The translations under genes were made by a program, and so were the position numbers. Shown one piece after another: positions 51,144 to 60,785 of a DNA stretch of 64,000 nt; position 1 is the first letter of the stretch; each line of letters begins with the position of its first letter. The notes below the pieces were generated by a model. That model was not told the origin of the DNA. It made no database searches and worked only from the letters and a program-made list of their open reading frames with translations. Source of the DNA: Candidatus Eiseniibacteriota bacterium (GTDB lineage Bacteria; Eisenbacteria; RBG-16-71-46; CAZAMP01); assembly GCA_965224245.1 (NCBI GenBank), contig OZ245046.1, positions 5,536,001 through 5,600,000 on the forward strand. The letters are read 5' to 3'.

Positions 51144-54032
51144 GTGGAGCGCTTCGAACGCCTGAGGTCCGTTTTGGACCGGGTCATCGAGCTCGACGCC
51201 ACCAGTCGATCCGCAGTCCTCGACGCGGAGTGCCGGGACGACCCGGAGCTGCGCCGCGAGGTCGAATCGATCCTGGGCGTCCTCGGAGACGTCCCCGCCG
51301 TCCTGGCCACCGACGGCGCCGCCGACGTTCTCGGAGCCTCGGTCACGTCCTCCCACATCGGCGCCGGCTCGCGGCTCGGTCCCTACGAGGTCGAGGAGCG
51401 CGTCGGCGCGGGCGGCATGGGCGTCGTGTACCGCGCCCGGGACACCCGTCTCGATCGGTCCGTCGCCATCAAGGTGCTCCCCACGCGGCGGACTCGCGAT
51501 CCCGACTACCAGCGCCGGCTCACGCGCGAGGCACGGGCCATCGGGAAGCTCCAGCACCCCGGCATCTGCACGCTGCACGACATCGGTCATGGCGACGGCT
51601 TCGACTACCTCGTGCTCGAGTACCTGCGAGGCGAGACGCTGGCGACCCGGCTGGGGGACGGCCCCATGTCCGTGATCGAGGCTCTGGACGTCGCGATGGA
51701 GATCGCGAGCGCTCTCGACGCTGCCCACCGCGCCGGCGTGGTGCATCGCGATCTGAAGCCGAGCAACGTCATGCTCACCAGCTCCGGGGTGAAGCTGCTC
51801 GACTTCGGCGTCGCGAAGCTCGGAGCGCGATCCGTGCTGACCGCGTCACGTCGCCGGCCGGACGAATCGGGGTTCTCCGAGCTGGCGGCGAGCTCGTTGA
51901 CCCGGCAGGGGACGATCCTGGGGACGTTTCCGTACATGGCGCCCGAGCAGCTGGAGGGCAAGGACGTCGACGCCCGCACGGACATCTTCGCGCTCGGCGC
52001 CGTGCTGTACGAGATGGTGACCGGACGGCGCGCCTTTCTCGGAGAGGGGGCGTCGCTCGTGGCCGCGATCATCGCCACCGATCCGCCACCGGTGCGCGAG
52101 CTCGTCCCGGAGGCACCGGTTCTGCTGGATCCCATTCTGACGCGATGTCTGGCCAAGGATCCCGACGATCGCCTGCAGACGGCCCACGACGTACGCATCC
52201 AGTTCGAGTGGGCGCGCGAGCTCGCGGCGGGTGGGGGTCACCCGGTCCACGAGCGGAGGCGCATCGCCGGAAGGCTCGGCGGTCTTCGACGTGTCGGGTC
52301 GATGGTGCTCGCCGTGGGGATCGTGGCCGCGCTGGCCGGCGGCGCCGCGTGGATCATCCGCGGCCTCCGGACCGAGCCGCCACGCGTCGCCACGCGATTC
52401 CAGGTTCCACCGCCGGCCGACGCGGCGGCCGCCGAGCGGCCGCGCATCTCGCCGGACGGTCGACGACTCGCGTTCATCGGCACCGACTCCCTCGGAACCG
52501 ACGGTATCTGGCTCCGGGAGCTCGAGGAGATCGGATCCCGGCGCCTCGGCGGTACCGACCACGTCGACGGGTTGACCTGGGCGCCCGACTCGCGCCGGAT
52601 CGCGTTCATGGCCGAAGGGAAGATGCTCCGCCTGGTCGATACCGTCACCGGACGCGTCCGAACCGTGTCCGAGCTCTTCGTGGAGGCCCCCCGCTCGAAG
52701 ACCGAGCTCACCTGGGACGGCGAGGATCACATCGTGTTCGATCGCGGCAGTCGGAGTCCGCTCTACGGTGTCTCCGTCTCCGGTGGCGCACCGACGCCGT
52801 GGACGGTGCTCGACACGCTCCGTCACGAGATCGGCCACAGTCGCCCTGCGACCGGATCCGGCGTTCTCACATTCATCGTGCGTCGCGACGGTGCGCCTCG
52901 TCGACTCGCCGTGCGTACGGCGTCCGGTGAGCCACATCGGTACCTGGAGCAGACCGAGAGCCGGGGCCTCGTGCTCGACGGATCGCGGCTCCTCTACCTG
53001 CGGCGTCACACGCTCATGGCGCGTCCCATCGACCTGCGTGCGGGGGTGTTCACGGGCGATCCGTTTCCGGTGGCGGAGAACGTGCTCTCGGCCCGACGGC
53101 AGGGTGCGGAGTTCTGCGCATCCGGGCAGGGCACGCTCGTGTATCGCGCCTGGGACCGGCCGGGGCTCGACCTCGTCTGGATCGATCGGGACGGGCGCCG
53201 GATCGGAGTCGCACTCGAGTCCGGGGAGTATCGCTTCCCCGCGCTCTCGCCGGATGGAGAGCGGCTCGCGGTCGCGCGGAGCGACGCGCTGGGCAACCGC
53301 GACATCTGGCTTCACGACGGGGGTTCCGCGGAGCCCCGGCGCATCACCTTTCGTGTCGGCAACGACAACGTCCCCACGTGGTCCGCGGACGGGCAGGAAA
53401 TCATCTACCTGGCCACGGTCCCGGACACGTCGTGGATCCTCCGCCACTCCGTGAGCGGGGTCGGGAAGCCGGACACCCTCGTCACGTCCCCCGCCGCGCT
53501 GTTTCCGCTGAGCTGCTCCCCCGACGGCCGATACCTCGTCTACACGCGCTTCGACGACGCTCACGGCTCCTCGTTGCGCGTGCTGTCGCTCACCGAGCCC
53601 GGGCCCGACCGCGAGTTCTTCAACTCCCGGGGCGAGTCACGAGCACAGATCTCGCCCGACGGGGACTGGCTCGTGTACGAGTCGGACCAGTCCGGCTCCA
53701 CGGAGATATACATCCAGGCGTTTCCGGAGGGCGGAAGTCAGCAACAGCTCACGCTGGACGGTGGCGCCACGCCGTTCTGGACCCGGGGCGGTGCCGAGAT
53801 CGTGTACCTCTCGGGTGCCGACATGATGAGTCTCGACGTGCGCGTGGTGAACGGGGCCATCGAGGTCGGGGAGCCACGCCGCCTGTTCACGGTGCGAGAC
53901 ATCGTCGACGACCAGTACACCGTCACGCCCGACGGAGAGCGGTTTCTCTTCGTCAGCGAGCCCAGGGACGCGGCCACGGTTCCCATGACCGTCGTGCTGA
54001 ACTGGCAGAGCCTCCTCGACGGCTCGCGGTAG
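51144..54032 (+). CDS. Membrane Ser/Thr kinase with extracytoplasmic PD40/TolB-like propeller repeats
   Basis: GAGGMGVVY, VAIK, HRDLKPSN, DFG, YMAPE, TM helix, multiple SPDG repeats, terminal VVLNW; N-terminal C.DD.ELRREVES helix. Confidence 0.93.
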   Translation: MERFERLRSVLDRVIELDATSRSAVLDAECRDDPELRREVESILGVLGDVPAVLATDGAADVLGASVTSSHIGAGSRLGPYEVEERVGAGGMGVVYRARDTRLDRSVAIKVLPTRRTRDPDYQRRLTREARAIGKLQHPGICTLHDIGHGDGFDYLVLEYLRGETLATRLGDGPMSVIEALDVAMEIASALDAAHRAGVVHRDLKPSNVMLTSSGVKLLDFGVAKLGARSVLTASRRRPDESGFSELAASSLTRQGTILGTFPYMAPEQLEGKDVDARTDIFALGAVLYEMVTGRRAFLGEGASLVAAIIATDPPPVRELVPEAPVLLDPILTRCLAKDPDDRLQTAHDVRIQFEWARELAAGGGHPVHERRRIAGRLGGLRRVGSMVLAVGIVAALAGGAAWIIRGLRTEPPRVATRFQVPPPADAAAAERPRISPDGRRLAFIGTDSLGTDGIWLRELEEIGSRRLGGTDHVDGLTWAPDSRRIAFMAEGKMLRLVDTVTGRVRTVSELFVEAPRSKTELTWDGEDHIVFDRGSRSPLYGVSVSGGAPTPWTVLDTLRHEIGHSRPATGSGVLTFIVRRDGAPRRLAVRTASGEPHRYLEQTESRGLVLDGSRLLYLRRHTLMARPIDLRAGVFTGDPFPVAENVLSARRQGAEFCASGQGTLVYRAWDRPGLDLVWIDRDGRRIGVALESGEYRFPALSPDGERLAVARSDALGNRDIWLHDGGSAEPRRITFRVGNDNVPTWSADGQEIIYLATVPDTSWILRHSVSGVGKPDTLVTSPAALFPLSCSPDGRYLVYTRFDDAHGSSLRVLSLTEPGPDREFFNSRGESRAQISPDGDWLVYESDQSGSTEIYIQAFPEGGSQQQLTLDGGATPFWTRGGAEIVYLSGADMMSLDVRVVNGAIEVGEPRRLFTVRDIVDDQYTVTPDGERFLFVSEPRDAATVPMTVVLNWQSLLDGSR

Positions 54033-54069
54033 CATCGGTTGCGCGAATCCAACGGCAGGTCGTACCCTC

Positions 54070-54699
54070 GTGTCACGCTCCACGGCCCGATCCGTCCGCC
54101 GCGGCCCGAACCCGGACACGACATTGCACCACGGCTCCGATTCCGAGTTCCTGATCCTGATCGAGCAGGCGACGGCGGAGGGCACGCCGTCCCGAGAGGT
54201 CGTCGATCAGCTCTACGAGACGGTGTACGGAGAGCTCCGGCGGATTGCCGCCGCGATGCTGCGAGGTAAGGCGGAGGAGCGCTCGGTCAGCCCGACCGAT
54301 CTCGTGCACGATGCCTACGTGAAGCTGACGCGGGGCGCGTCCGTGTCGTGGGAGGGCCGCACGCACTTTCTCGGAGTGGCCGCGAAGGCCATGCGGCACA
54401 TCCTCGTGGATCGGGCACGCCGGAAGGCGGCGGCCAAGCGAGGCGGCGGATGGCGACGCACCACGCTCAGCGTCGCCGCGGTTTCCCCGGGCGTTCCGGA
54501 GTTCGAGGTCATCGCCCTGAACGACGCGCTCGACGAGCTCCAACGGCAGGACTCCCGGATGGCCCGCGTGGTCGAGCTCCGGGTCTTCGCGGGGCTCAAG
54601 ATCCGCGAGGTCGCCGAGGTGCTGGACATCTCCACGCGCACGGTCGACTCGGACTGGAAGGTGGCGCGGGCGTGGCTCTCGCATCGGATGTCGGTCTGA
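54070..54699 (+). CDS. ECF sigma factor of the kinase-associated (TIGR02999/ECF43-like) type
   Basis: VYGELRRIA, SPTDLVHDAYVKL, AMRHILVDRAR, KRGG, VVELRVFAGL, DWKVARAWL; start uncertain. Confidence 0.92.
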   Translation: MSRSTARSVRRGPNPDTTLHHGSDSEFLILIEQATAEGTPSREVVDQLYETVYGELRRIAAAMLRGKAEERSVSPTDLVHDAYVKLTRGASVSWEGRTHFLGVAAKAMRHILVDRARRKAAAKRGGGWRRTTLSVAAVSPGVPEFEVIALNDALDELQRQDSRMARVVELRVFAGLKIREVAEVLDISTRTVDSDWKVARAWLSHRMSV

Positions 54700-54789
54700 G
54701 GGCGCGCTCGATCTGACCGCGTCATCGAACCACGATCGCCGCCGGCTCCGCTCCGACCCGGACGCGGTGACGCGCAGGAAGTAGCTCTC

Positions 54790-55030
54790 GCTGGACGAGA
54801 TCGCGTGGACCGGTCCACGGTGCCCATTCGTCGAAGGTGATTTGGTGAAGAGCACGCGCACCTGGCGGCCGGAGTACGCGAAGACGATCAACGAGTTCCT
54901 GGAGGCGGGAGCGCTCACACGAGGCTTCGTGGTGTACCGGGGACGCGAGCGGTACAGGAGTGGTCGAGTGCTCGGCGTCCCCGTGGAAGAGTTCGTGGCG
55001 ATGCTGGGCGAGAAGGTCTTCACCGACTGA
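54790..55030 (+). pseudogene. 3' remnant resembling the DUF4143 C-terminus of AAA_14 ATPases
   Basis: VKSTRTWRPEY..VVYRG..VPVEEFV..L pattern; in-frame TAG just upstream, no ATPase part, no RBS/ATG. Confidence 0.45.
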
Positions 55031-55109
55031 ACGATCGGCGCGATGATGGTGGATGTCGCGTCGTGCACGTCGCGCGAGAGCCGGGGACGACGAGGTTCGG
55101 AGGGCTGTC

Positions 55110-55949
55110 ATGGCGGACGAGCCGCTCGGTAGCGTCTATCAGTGGGCGGAGTACTACGACATCGCTTTCGACTTCCGCGACGTGGGAGCCGAGTGTGACT
55201 TCCTGTGCTCGCGCTTCGAGGCGCATGGCGGCGGGGCGGGTTCCTTCCTCGAGCTGGCCTGCGGACCCGGGCAGCACGTCGTCGAGATGGCCGGCCGTGG
55301 GGTGAGCGCGGCGGGGCTGGATCTCTCCCCGGACATGCTCGGGTTCCTGCAAGAGAAGGCCGCGGCGCGGGGTGTCGAGGTGCACGCGATCGAAGCCGAC
55401 ATGCGGAGCTTCAGGATCCCCGATCGTTTCCACGGAGCCGCCCTTCTGATGGACTCCGCGTCGCATCTCCTCACCCACGCCGACATGATCGATCACCTCC
55501 GGTCCGTGGCTCGCCATCTCGAGACCGGTGGGGTCTACGTCCTCGAGATGTCCCATCCGTCGAATCACCTCGGGGTGGCGCGCACCACCCGGAACGTGTG
55601 GACGATGGAGCGCGATCGTGTGGTCGTCGAGACGGAGTGGGGTCAACCCGACGATCCGTTCGACTCGCTGACCCAGGTGGACGAGGTCACGGTGGTGCTG
55701 CGCGTCACCGAGCCCGGGCGCGAACCGATCCGCCACACGCACCGCGAGCGCATCCGTCGCTGGCTGAAGCCCGAGTTCGAGGCCGCGGTGGAGATGAGTG
55801 GCGCGTTCGAGATCGTGGAGTGGTACGGCTCCCTCGATCGCCGCGTCGCCCTCGGTCACGAGAAAGCCGCGTGGCGGATGGTGCCGGTCCTGCGCAAGAT
55901 CAGCGCAGAAGGCTTCCCAGCCCCAGGCTCATCACCGGCACGTACGTGA
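55110..55949 (+). CDS. Class I SAM-dependent methyltransferase
   Basis: YYDIAF, LELACGPG, GLDLSPDML, ADMRSF; GGAGGG RBS. Confidence 0.9.
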   Translation: MADEPLGSVYQWAEYYDIAFDFRDVGAECDFLCSRFEAHGGGAGSFLELACGPGQHVVEMAGRGVSAAGLDLSPDMLGFLQEKAAARGVEVHAIEADMRSFRIPDRFHGAALLMDSASHLLTHADMIDHLRSVARHLETGGVYVLEMSHPSNHLGVARTTRNVWTMERDRVVVETEWGQPDDPFDSLTQVDEVTVVLRVTEPGREPIRHTHRERIRRWLKPEFEAAVEMSGAFEIVEWYGSLDRRVALGHEKAAWRMVPVLRKISAEGFPAPGSSPART

Positions 55950-57168
55950 TCACCAGGAGCGCGGCCAGGAGGATCAACAGAAACGGGACCGACGCGCGGT
56001 AGACCTCGACGACCGGCTTCTTGAACCGGAACGACGAGATGAAGAGGTTCAGCCCCACCGGCGGCGTCGAGTAGCCGATCTCGAGGTTCGTCAGAAAGAT
56101 GATCCCGAGATGCACGAGGTTCACCCCGTACCCCTCGGCCACCGGCACGATCAGCGGCACCACGACGATGAGGGCCGAGAAGATGTCCATCAGGCAGCCG
56201 ACGATGAGCAAGAAGACGTTCAGGAGGAGAAGGAACATGAGCTTGCTCGAGACGTAGGTCTGGATCCACCCGAGGATCGCGCCGGGCACCTCGGCGTCGA
56301 TCAGGTAGTTCGTGAGCCCCAGCGCCGACGCGAGGATCACGAGGATCCCGCCCACGAGCACCATGCTCTCGCGCACGATGCGGGGAAGGTCGCGCACCGC
56401 GATGTCGCGATAGACGAACACCTCGATCACGAGCGCGTACGACGCGGTGATCGCCGCCGCCTCGGTGATCTTGAAGAAGCCGCCGTAGATCCCGACGAGG
56501 ACCAGGATCGGCAGCGGCGCCTCCCAGATCGCCTCGCGGAGCGCCGCACGGGCCTCGCGCCAGTCGATGCGCTCGGCCTGAACGCCCGCGCCGCGCGCGG
56601 TCCACCGCACGTACAGCGACAGCACCGCGATCAGAAAGAGCCCGGGCACGATGCCGGCCACGAACACGTCGTCCACGTTCACCGATGCCACGTACGCGTA
56701 GAGGATGATCGGCAAGCTCGGGGGAAAGAGCAGGCCGAGGCTTCCGGACGTGGTCAGGAGCCCGAGCGAGAACCGCTCCGGGTACCGGTCCTGGAGGAGC
56801 GCCGGCAAGAGGAGCCCGCCCATCGCGATGATCGTGACGCCGGACGCCCCCGTGAACGCGGTGAAGAGCGCGCAGACCACGAGCGAGACGACACCGAGCC
56901 CGCCAGGAAACCACGAGAGAAGCGCGTCGGTCACCCGCACCATGCGCTTGGGCGCCTGGCTCTCGGCGAAGAGATAGCCCGCGAACGTGAACATCGGGAT
57001 CGCGATCAGCATCGGCTCCTCGGCGATCCGGAACATGTCGATGGCCACGACCGACGAGCTGATGTCGGCGGCGTGGAACGCCAGAAGCGCGACGATGCCG
57101 ATGATGACGAAGAGCGGGGTGCCGAAGAGCGCGGCGAGGGCGATCCCGAGGATCAGGAGCAGCGTCAC
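55900..57168 (-). CDS. dctM: TRAP transporter large permease (DctM)
   Basis: LIAIPMFTFAG, FTAFTGASGVTI, GSLGLLFPPSLP, NLEIGY.TPPVGLNLF. Confidence 0.95.
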   Translation of the reverse strand: MTLLLILGIALAALFGTPLFVIIGIVALLAFHAADISSSVVAIDMFRIAEEPMLIAIPMFTFAGYLFAESQAPKRMVRVTDALLSWFPGGLGVVSLVVCALFTAFTGASGVTIIAMGGLLLPALLQDRYPERFSLGLLTTSGSLGLLFPPSLPIILYAYVASVNVDDVFVAGIVPGLFLIAVLSLYVRWTARGAGVQAERIDWREARAALREAIWEAPLPILVLVGIYGGFFKITEAAAITASYALVIEVFVYRDIAVRDLPRIVRESMVLVGGILVILASALGLTNYLIDAEVPGAILGWIQTYVSSKLMFLLLLNVFLLIVGCLMDIFSALIVVVPLIVPVAEGYGVNLVHLGIIFLTNLEIGYSTPPVGLNLFISSFRFKKPVVEVYRASVPFLLILLAALLVITYVPVMSLGLGSLLR

Positions 57169-57866
57169 GACGGCACCTCACCGCGAGACCGCGGAGCCCC
57201 CCCACGGGGCGGCCGCGCCCGGAGGCCCGGGTCCGTTCTCGGGTCGGGCACGTCGCTGCCGATCTCGGCCGCGCGTGGACCGCAGCACGCGCTGTGCACG
57301 AACCGGTACGCCATGACGGTGAGCGCGATCGGCATCACGGTCATCAGGACCCAGGTCGGGATCCCCAGGAACGCGACCGACTCGAACTCGAACTCGTCAC
57401 GGACGAGCACGTAGGCCGCGTTCGCGAGCGCGATCACCACGCCCGCGGCGCCCAGGCGCAGCACGGCGTGAATCGCTCGCGCCGGGATCCCGTGGACGAG
57501 CCGCGAGAGCGCGTCGATGCTGATGTGCCGGTCGTGCGCGGTCGCGAGCGCGGCGCCCATGAAGCCGATCCACAGGACGGCGTGGCGCAGGAGCGGGTCG
57601 ACCCAGGCAAAGCCGGTGTCGAAGGCGTTCCGGAGCACGATCTGGGTCAGAGAGAGCGCGACCATCGCCACCAGGAGCAGCGTCAGACACACGTGCTCGG
57701 TGGTCGCCAGCAAGCGGAGCCATCGCCTCCCGGGCCGGGATCGATCCAACGTCAGGCGGATGCCGAGCGCGACCAGGATGGCGCCGCCGGTCGTCAGCGC
57801 GAACGGGGCGCCGGGTGAGATCGTGAAGAGGAGCGCTCGTCCCCACTCTCCCGGCGCGCCCGCCAT
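57165..57866 (-). CDS. dctQ: TRAP transporter small permease (DctQ) with extra N-terminal TM segment
   Basis: QIVLRN, LWIGFMGA..AT..RHISID, IPTW. Confidence 0.9.
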   Translation of the reverse strand: MAGAPGEWGRALLFTISPGAPFALTTGGAILVALGIRLTLDRSRPGRRWLRLLATTEHVCLTLLLVAMVALSLTQIVLRNAFDTGFAWVDPLLRHAVLWIGFMGAALATAHDRHISIDALSRLVHGIPARAIHAVLRLGAAGVVIALANAAYVLVRDEFEFESVAFLGIPTWVLMTVMPIALTVMAYRFVHSACCGPRAAEIGSDVPDPRTDPGLRARPPRGGAPRSRGEVPS

Positions 57867-57869
57867 GGG

Positions 57870-58949
57870 CTAGTTCGAGGCCGTCTTGGCGCGATGGGCC
57901 TCGAGCGTGCTCGTGACGCGAGCCAGGAGATCGGCCGGATAGAGCTCGCCCTTGAGGTCGGTCCAGACGAGCTCGGATCTCTCGCGCAGTCCCGCGAGCT
58001 GATCCGCGTCGGCGGTGACCGCCTCCACGCCGTGTCGTTCGAGCTCGACCAGCGCGTCGGCGTTCTGCTGGCGCGTGGCCTCGGTCAGCGCGGCGAGGTG
58101 CTTCCTGGCGATCGTGAGCACGGTCTGGCGCTGATCGGCGGGGATCTTGTCGAAGACCTTCTTCGAGATCACCAGCGCACCGGTCGCGTGCGCCATGGGC
58201 TCGGCCGTCATGTAGCTCACGCGCGTGAACCACTGGAGCGCCACGCACGCGTACGGCGAGCAGTACACGCCGTCGACCATGCCGGTCTGCAGCGACGTCG
58301 TGACGTGCGCGATCGACAGTGGCACCGGGGGTATCTGGAACTGCTCGAACATCGACTCGGCCACCGGATCGCCTTCCCAGAGCCACATCTTGACCGAGGA
58401 CATGTCGTCGCGGGAGCGCACGGGCGTCTTCGTGAAGACGTGGACCGAGCCCACCTCGGCCCAGCCGAGGAGCACGAAGTCCTTCTCGGCCAGCATGGCC
58501 TCGAACTCGGGGTCGAACGTCGCGTGGACGAGGTCCACCTCCGCGTCGGAACGCAGCATGAACGGCAGCTCGAGGATGCGCAGTGCCGGCGCGACCTGAC
58601 CGAGCCCGGTGCCGGTGAGTCCGGCACCCTGGAGCTGACCGTTTCGGATTCGCCGGAGGACGACCTTCTCGTCGCCCTGCGCGCCGTCGGTGTAGAACTT
58701 GAAGCCCACACCGTTGGCGGTGGCCTCGCGGACCTCGGCGTCCATCTCCGTCATGATGTGCATCCACGTGGATCCCGCCGGCGCGAGCGTGGCGACCTTG
58801 ATCTGGACCTTGGGCTTGGGCGCGGCGGCGACCATACCCGCCAGACCGAACGCCGCGGCGCACGCGAGGCTCGTCGCAGTGGCCAGCCGGACCGCGCGCG
58901 CGCGTGCGCGCGCCGTCGTCGAGCGGTGTGTCGTGGTTCGTCGCGTCAT
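57870..58949 (-). CDS. dctP: TRAP substrate-binding protein (DctP / TatP(T)-type)
   Basis: IKVATLAPAGSTW, GAQGDE, LELPF, LGWAEVG, LQTGMVD, ALQW; signal peptide. Confidence 0.93.
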   Translation of the reverse strand: MTRRTTTHRSTTARARARAVRLATATSLACAAAFGLAGMVAAAPKPKVQIKVATLAPAGSTWMHIMTEMDAEVREATANGVGFKFYTDGAQGDEKVVLRRIRNGQLQGAGLTGTGLGQVAPALRILELPFMLRSDAEVDLVHATFDPEFEAMLAEKDFVLLGWAEVGSVHVFTKTPVRSRDDMSSVKMWLWEGDPVAESMFEQFQIPPVPLSIAHVTTSLQTGMVDGVYCSPYACVALQWFTRVSYMTAEPMAHATGALVISKKVFDKIPADQRQTVLTIARKHLAALTEATRQQNADALVELERHGVEAVTADADQLAGLRERSELVWTDLKGELYPADLLARVTSTLEAHRAKTASN

Positions 58950-58983
58950 GGTGTCGTCCCCCGTGGGTCGTGTTCCGGACCGT

Positions 58984-59913
58984 TCAGAAGATCTCGTTCC
59001 TCCGGGCCAGAAGTGCGCGCGCCTGCGCCTGGGCCACCTGGTTCAGGAGAAGAACCTCCGGCAGCGCATTCGGGTCCGCCTCCAGGAGCATCTTCAGCGT
59101 CGAGTCGAACAGGTTCTCGTCGAAGATCTGACGACAGTAGTACTTGGCGTAGAAGAGGTGCATCAACAGAAACCGGCCGTTCGAGACCGCGAAGCCCCGG
59201 TCGAAAGCGGCCTTCGCCGCCTCGGGATCGCCTCCGAGCATGGGCGGTCGCAGCGCGTGGAGCGTGCCCAGCATCAGGTACGGCAAGCCGTGAAGGAACG
59301 CCGGGTCCAGCTCGGTCAGCCGCTCGATGAGCTGGACCACGCGCGGGACCTGCGCCATCGCGGCCGTGTTGCCGATGTCCAGCTTCACCCAGCTGCCCCA
59401 CGCGCCCGCGAGCCAGGCGAGTCCGGGTACGTCGTCCTCTCCGTAGGACCCGAGCGCGGCGGCGAACGTCACGTCACCTTCACGCCCCAGATGGTCGTCC
59501 GGAGCCAGATCCGGAAACGCCCGGAGGCCGTACGCCATGGCCTTGGCGTGGAGCGCTCGCGCGCGCTCGTCGTCGCGCCCCTCGACGAAGCCGGCGGCGT
59601 AGCTGAAGTACAGCCGGCAGGCGGTCGTGAGCAGCCGATCGTCGTTCGGGCGGTTCGCGACCAGGCCGTCGATCAAGAGGAGGTTTCCGGGGATGCCGGC
59701 CTCGACCAGCTCGACGTCGCCGTTACGGTAGGCGGCGGTGACCGAGTCCTCGATGATGGGCACCATCGTGTTGATCGCGACGCGGCTCGAGAGACCGCAG
59801 CCCAGGGTCGAGACGACGGCGAGAACGAGACAGACGCCGGCGAGACGTGACCCGGCTCGCGCGTCCACCGATCCCGAAGACGTGAGCCCCGGACGCTCGT
59901 CGCGCGTGCGCAT
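58984..59913 (-). CDS. TRAP transporter TatT component (lipoprotein, cryptic TPR)
   Basis: Lipobox-like STLGC, D.ELV..GIP, YAAGFVE, PMLGGDPE.AK..F, LLN..AQ..A..LL; first gene of the TRAP set. Confidence 0.85.
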   Translation of the reverse strand: MRTRDERPGLTSSGSVDARAGSRLAGVCLVLAVVSTLGCGLSSRVAINTMVPIIEDSVTAAYRNGDVELVEAGIPGNLLLIDGLVANRPNDDRLLTTACRLYFSYAAGFVEGRDDERARALHAKAMAYGLRAFPDLAPDDHLGREGDVTFAAALGSYGEDDVPGLAWLAGAWGSWVKLDIGNTAAMAQVPRVVQLIERLTELDPAFLHGLPYLMLGTLHALRPPMLGGDPEAAKAAFDRGFAVSNGRFLLMHLFYAKYYCRQIFDENLFDSTLKMLLEADPNALPEVLLLNQVAQAQARALLARRNEIF

Positions 59914-60614
59914 CACTTCAGGATCTCCGCGTGAACGTCGCGCCAGAACGATGCCACCTCCGCGGGGCCGTGGCCCGGATCGGCCCCGGTCCCCGCCGCG
60001 CGCGCAAAGTCCCGCACCATCGGCGCGGCGGGGTGCGTGTGATGGCCGAGGCAGAACGCCGTCATGGCATCGACCGGACGCCAGATCAACAGGCTCTCCT
60101 TCGCGAAGACGTGATGTCGGCAGGCCATCGCCACCAGCATCGCGAGCGCGTCGGGCGCCGGCTCCTCGTCGGCGTCGTCGCGCAGCAACGTGTGGCGAAC
60201 CATCTCGTCGACGTGGGCGACGTAGGCGATGAGGTCGTCGCGCGTGGGGCGGACCAGCGTCTCGCGCACGTCGTCGCCGTGCACGCGCACGCCCTCGTCC
60301 GCCAGGCGCACGACGGTCGGCGCCACCTCGCGGGCCGCCTCGAACGGAGGCGCCAGGTCCGCCTCGCACAGGAGGTCGAGCCGGCACGGGATCCCCGCAT
60401 TCCGGCGCACGGCGGCGATCGCGTGCTCATCGTCCTCGGTGACGTGCTCGCCGGCGACGATCACGGCGAGCTCGATCGGCGCCGACGCATCGTGGCCGCC
60501 GTGGCTGAGCGCGCCCACGACGTAGGCGCTCACGAGGCGCGGGCCGAGCGTGTCCCCGAGGCGTTCGGCGAGCGCCTGGGCCTCGTCCCACGGGCCATGA
60601 TCACTGATGGACAT
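59913..60614 (-). CDS. Nucleotidyltransferase-fold protein (AadA/ANT-like) with degenerate catalytic motif
   Basis: LG..LVSAYVVGALSHGG...PIELAVIV in place of GS...SDxD; L..EGV.VHG.D; TGATG overlap with tatT. Confidence 0.6.
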   Translation of the reverse strand: MSISDHGPWDEAQALAERLGDTLGPRLVSAYVVGALSHGGHDASAPIELAVIVAGEHVTEDDEHAIAAVRRNAGIPCRLDLLCEADLAPPFEAAREVAPTVVRLADEGVRVHGDDVRETLVRPTRDDLIAYVAHVDEMVRHTLLRDDADEEPAPDALAMLVAMACRHHVFAKESLLIWRPVDAMTAFCLGHHTHPAAPMVRDFARAAGTGADPGHGPAEVASFWRDVHAEILK

Positions 60615-60652
60615 GGCGGCGAGGGTGCCGCCGTGCCCCGGCAAAGTCAACC

Positions 60653-60742
60653 GACCACTCGGGGGTCGCGACCACTCCGGGGTCGCGACCACTCGGGGTC
60701 ATGACCACTTTGGGGTCGCGACCACTTTTCGCGTCTCGACCC
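60653..60742. repeat. Tandem array of 16-18 bp palindromic units (about 5 copies)
   Basis: GACCACTCGGGGGTCGC, GACCACTCCGGGGTCGC, GACCACTCGGGGTCAT, GACCACTTTGGGGTCGC, GACCACTTTTCGCGTCTC, GACCC. Confidence 0.9.
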
Positions 60743-60785
60743 AGCGTCTAAGCTGCCCGATACATCCGACTCCACCCGCCCGCGG

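Noticed and set aside
60653-60742. Possible mini-CRISPR
   Set aside because: Units are 16-18 bp, contiguous, without unique spacers; no cas genes
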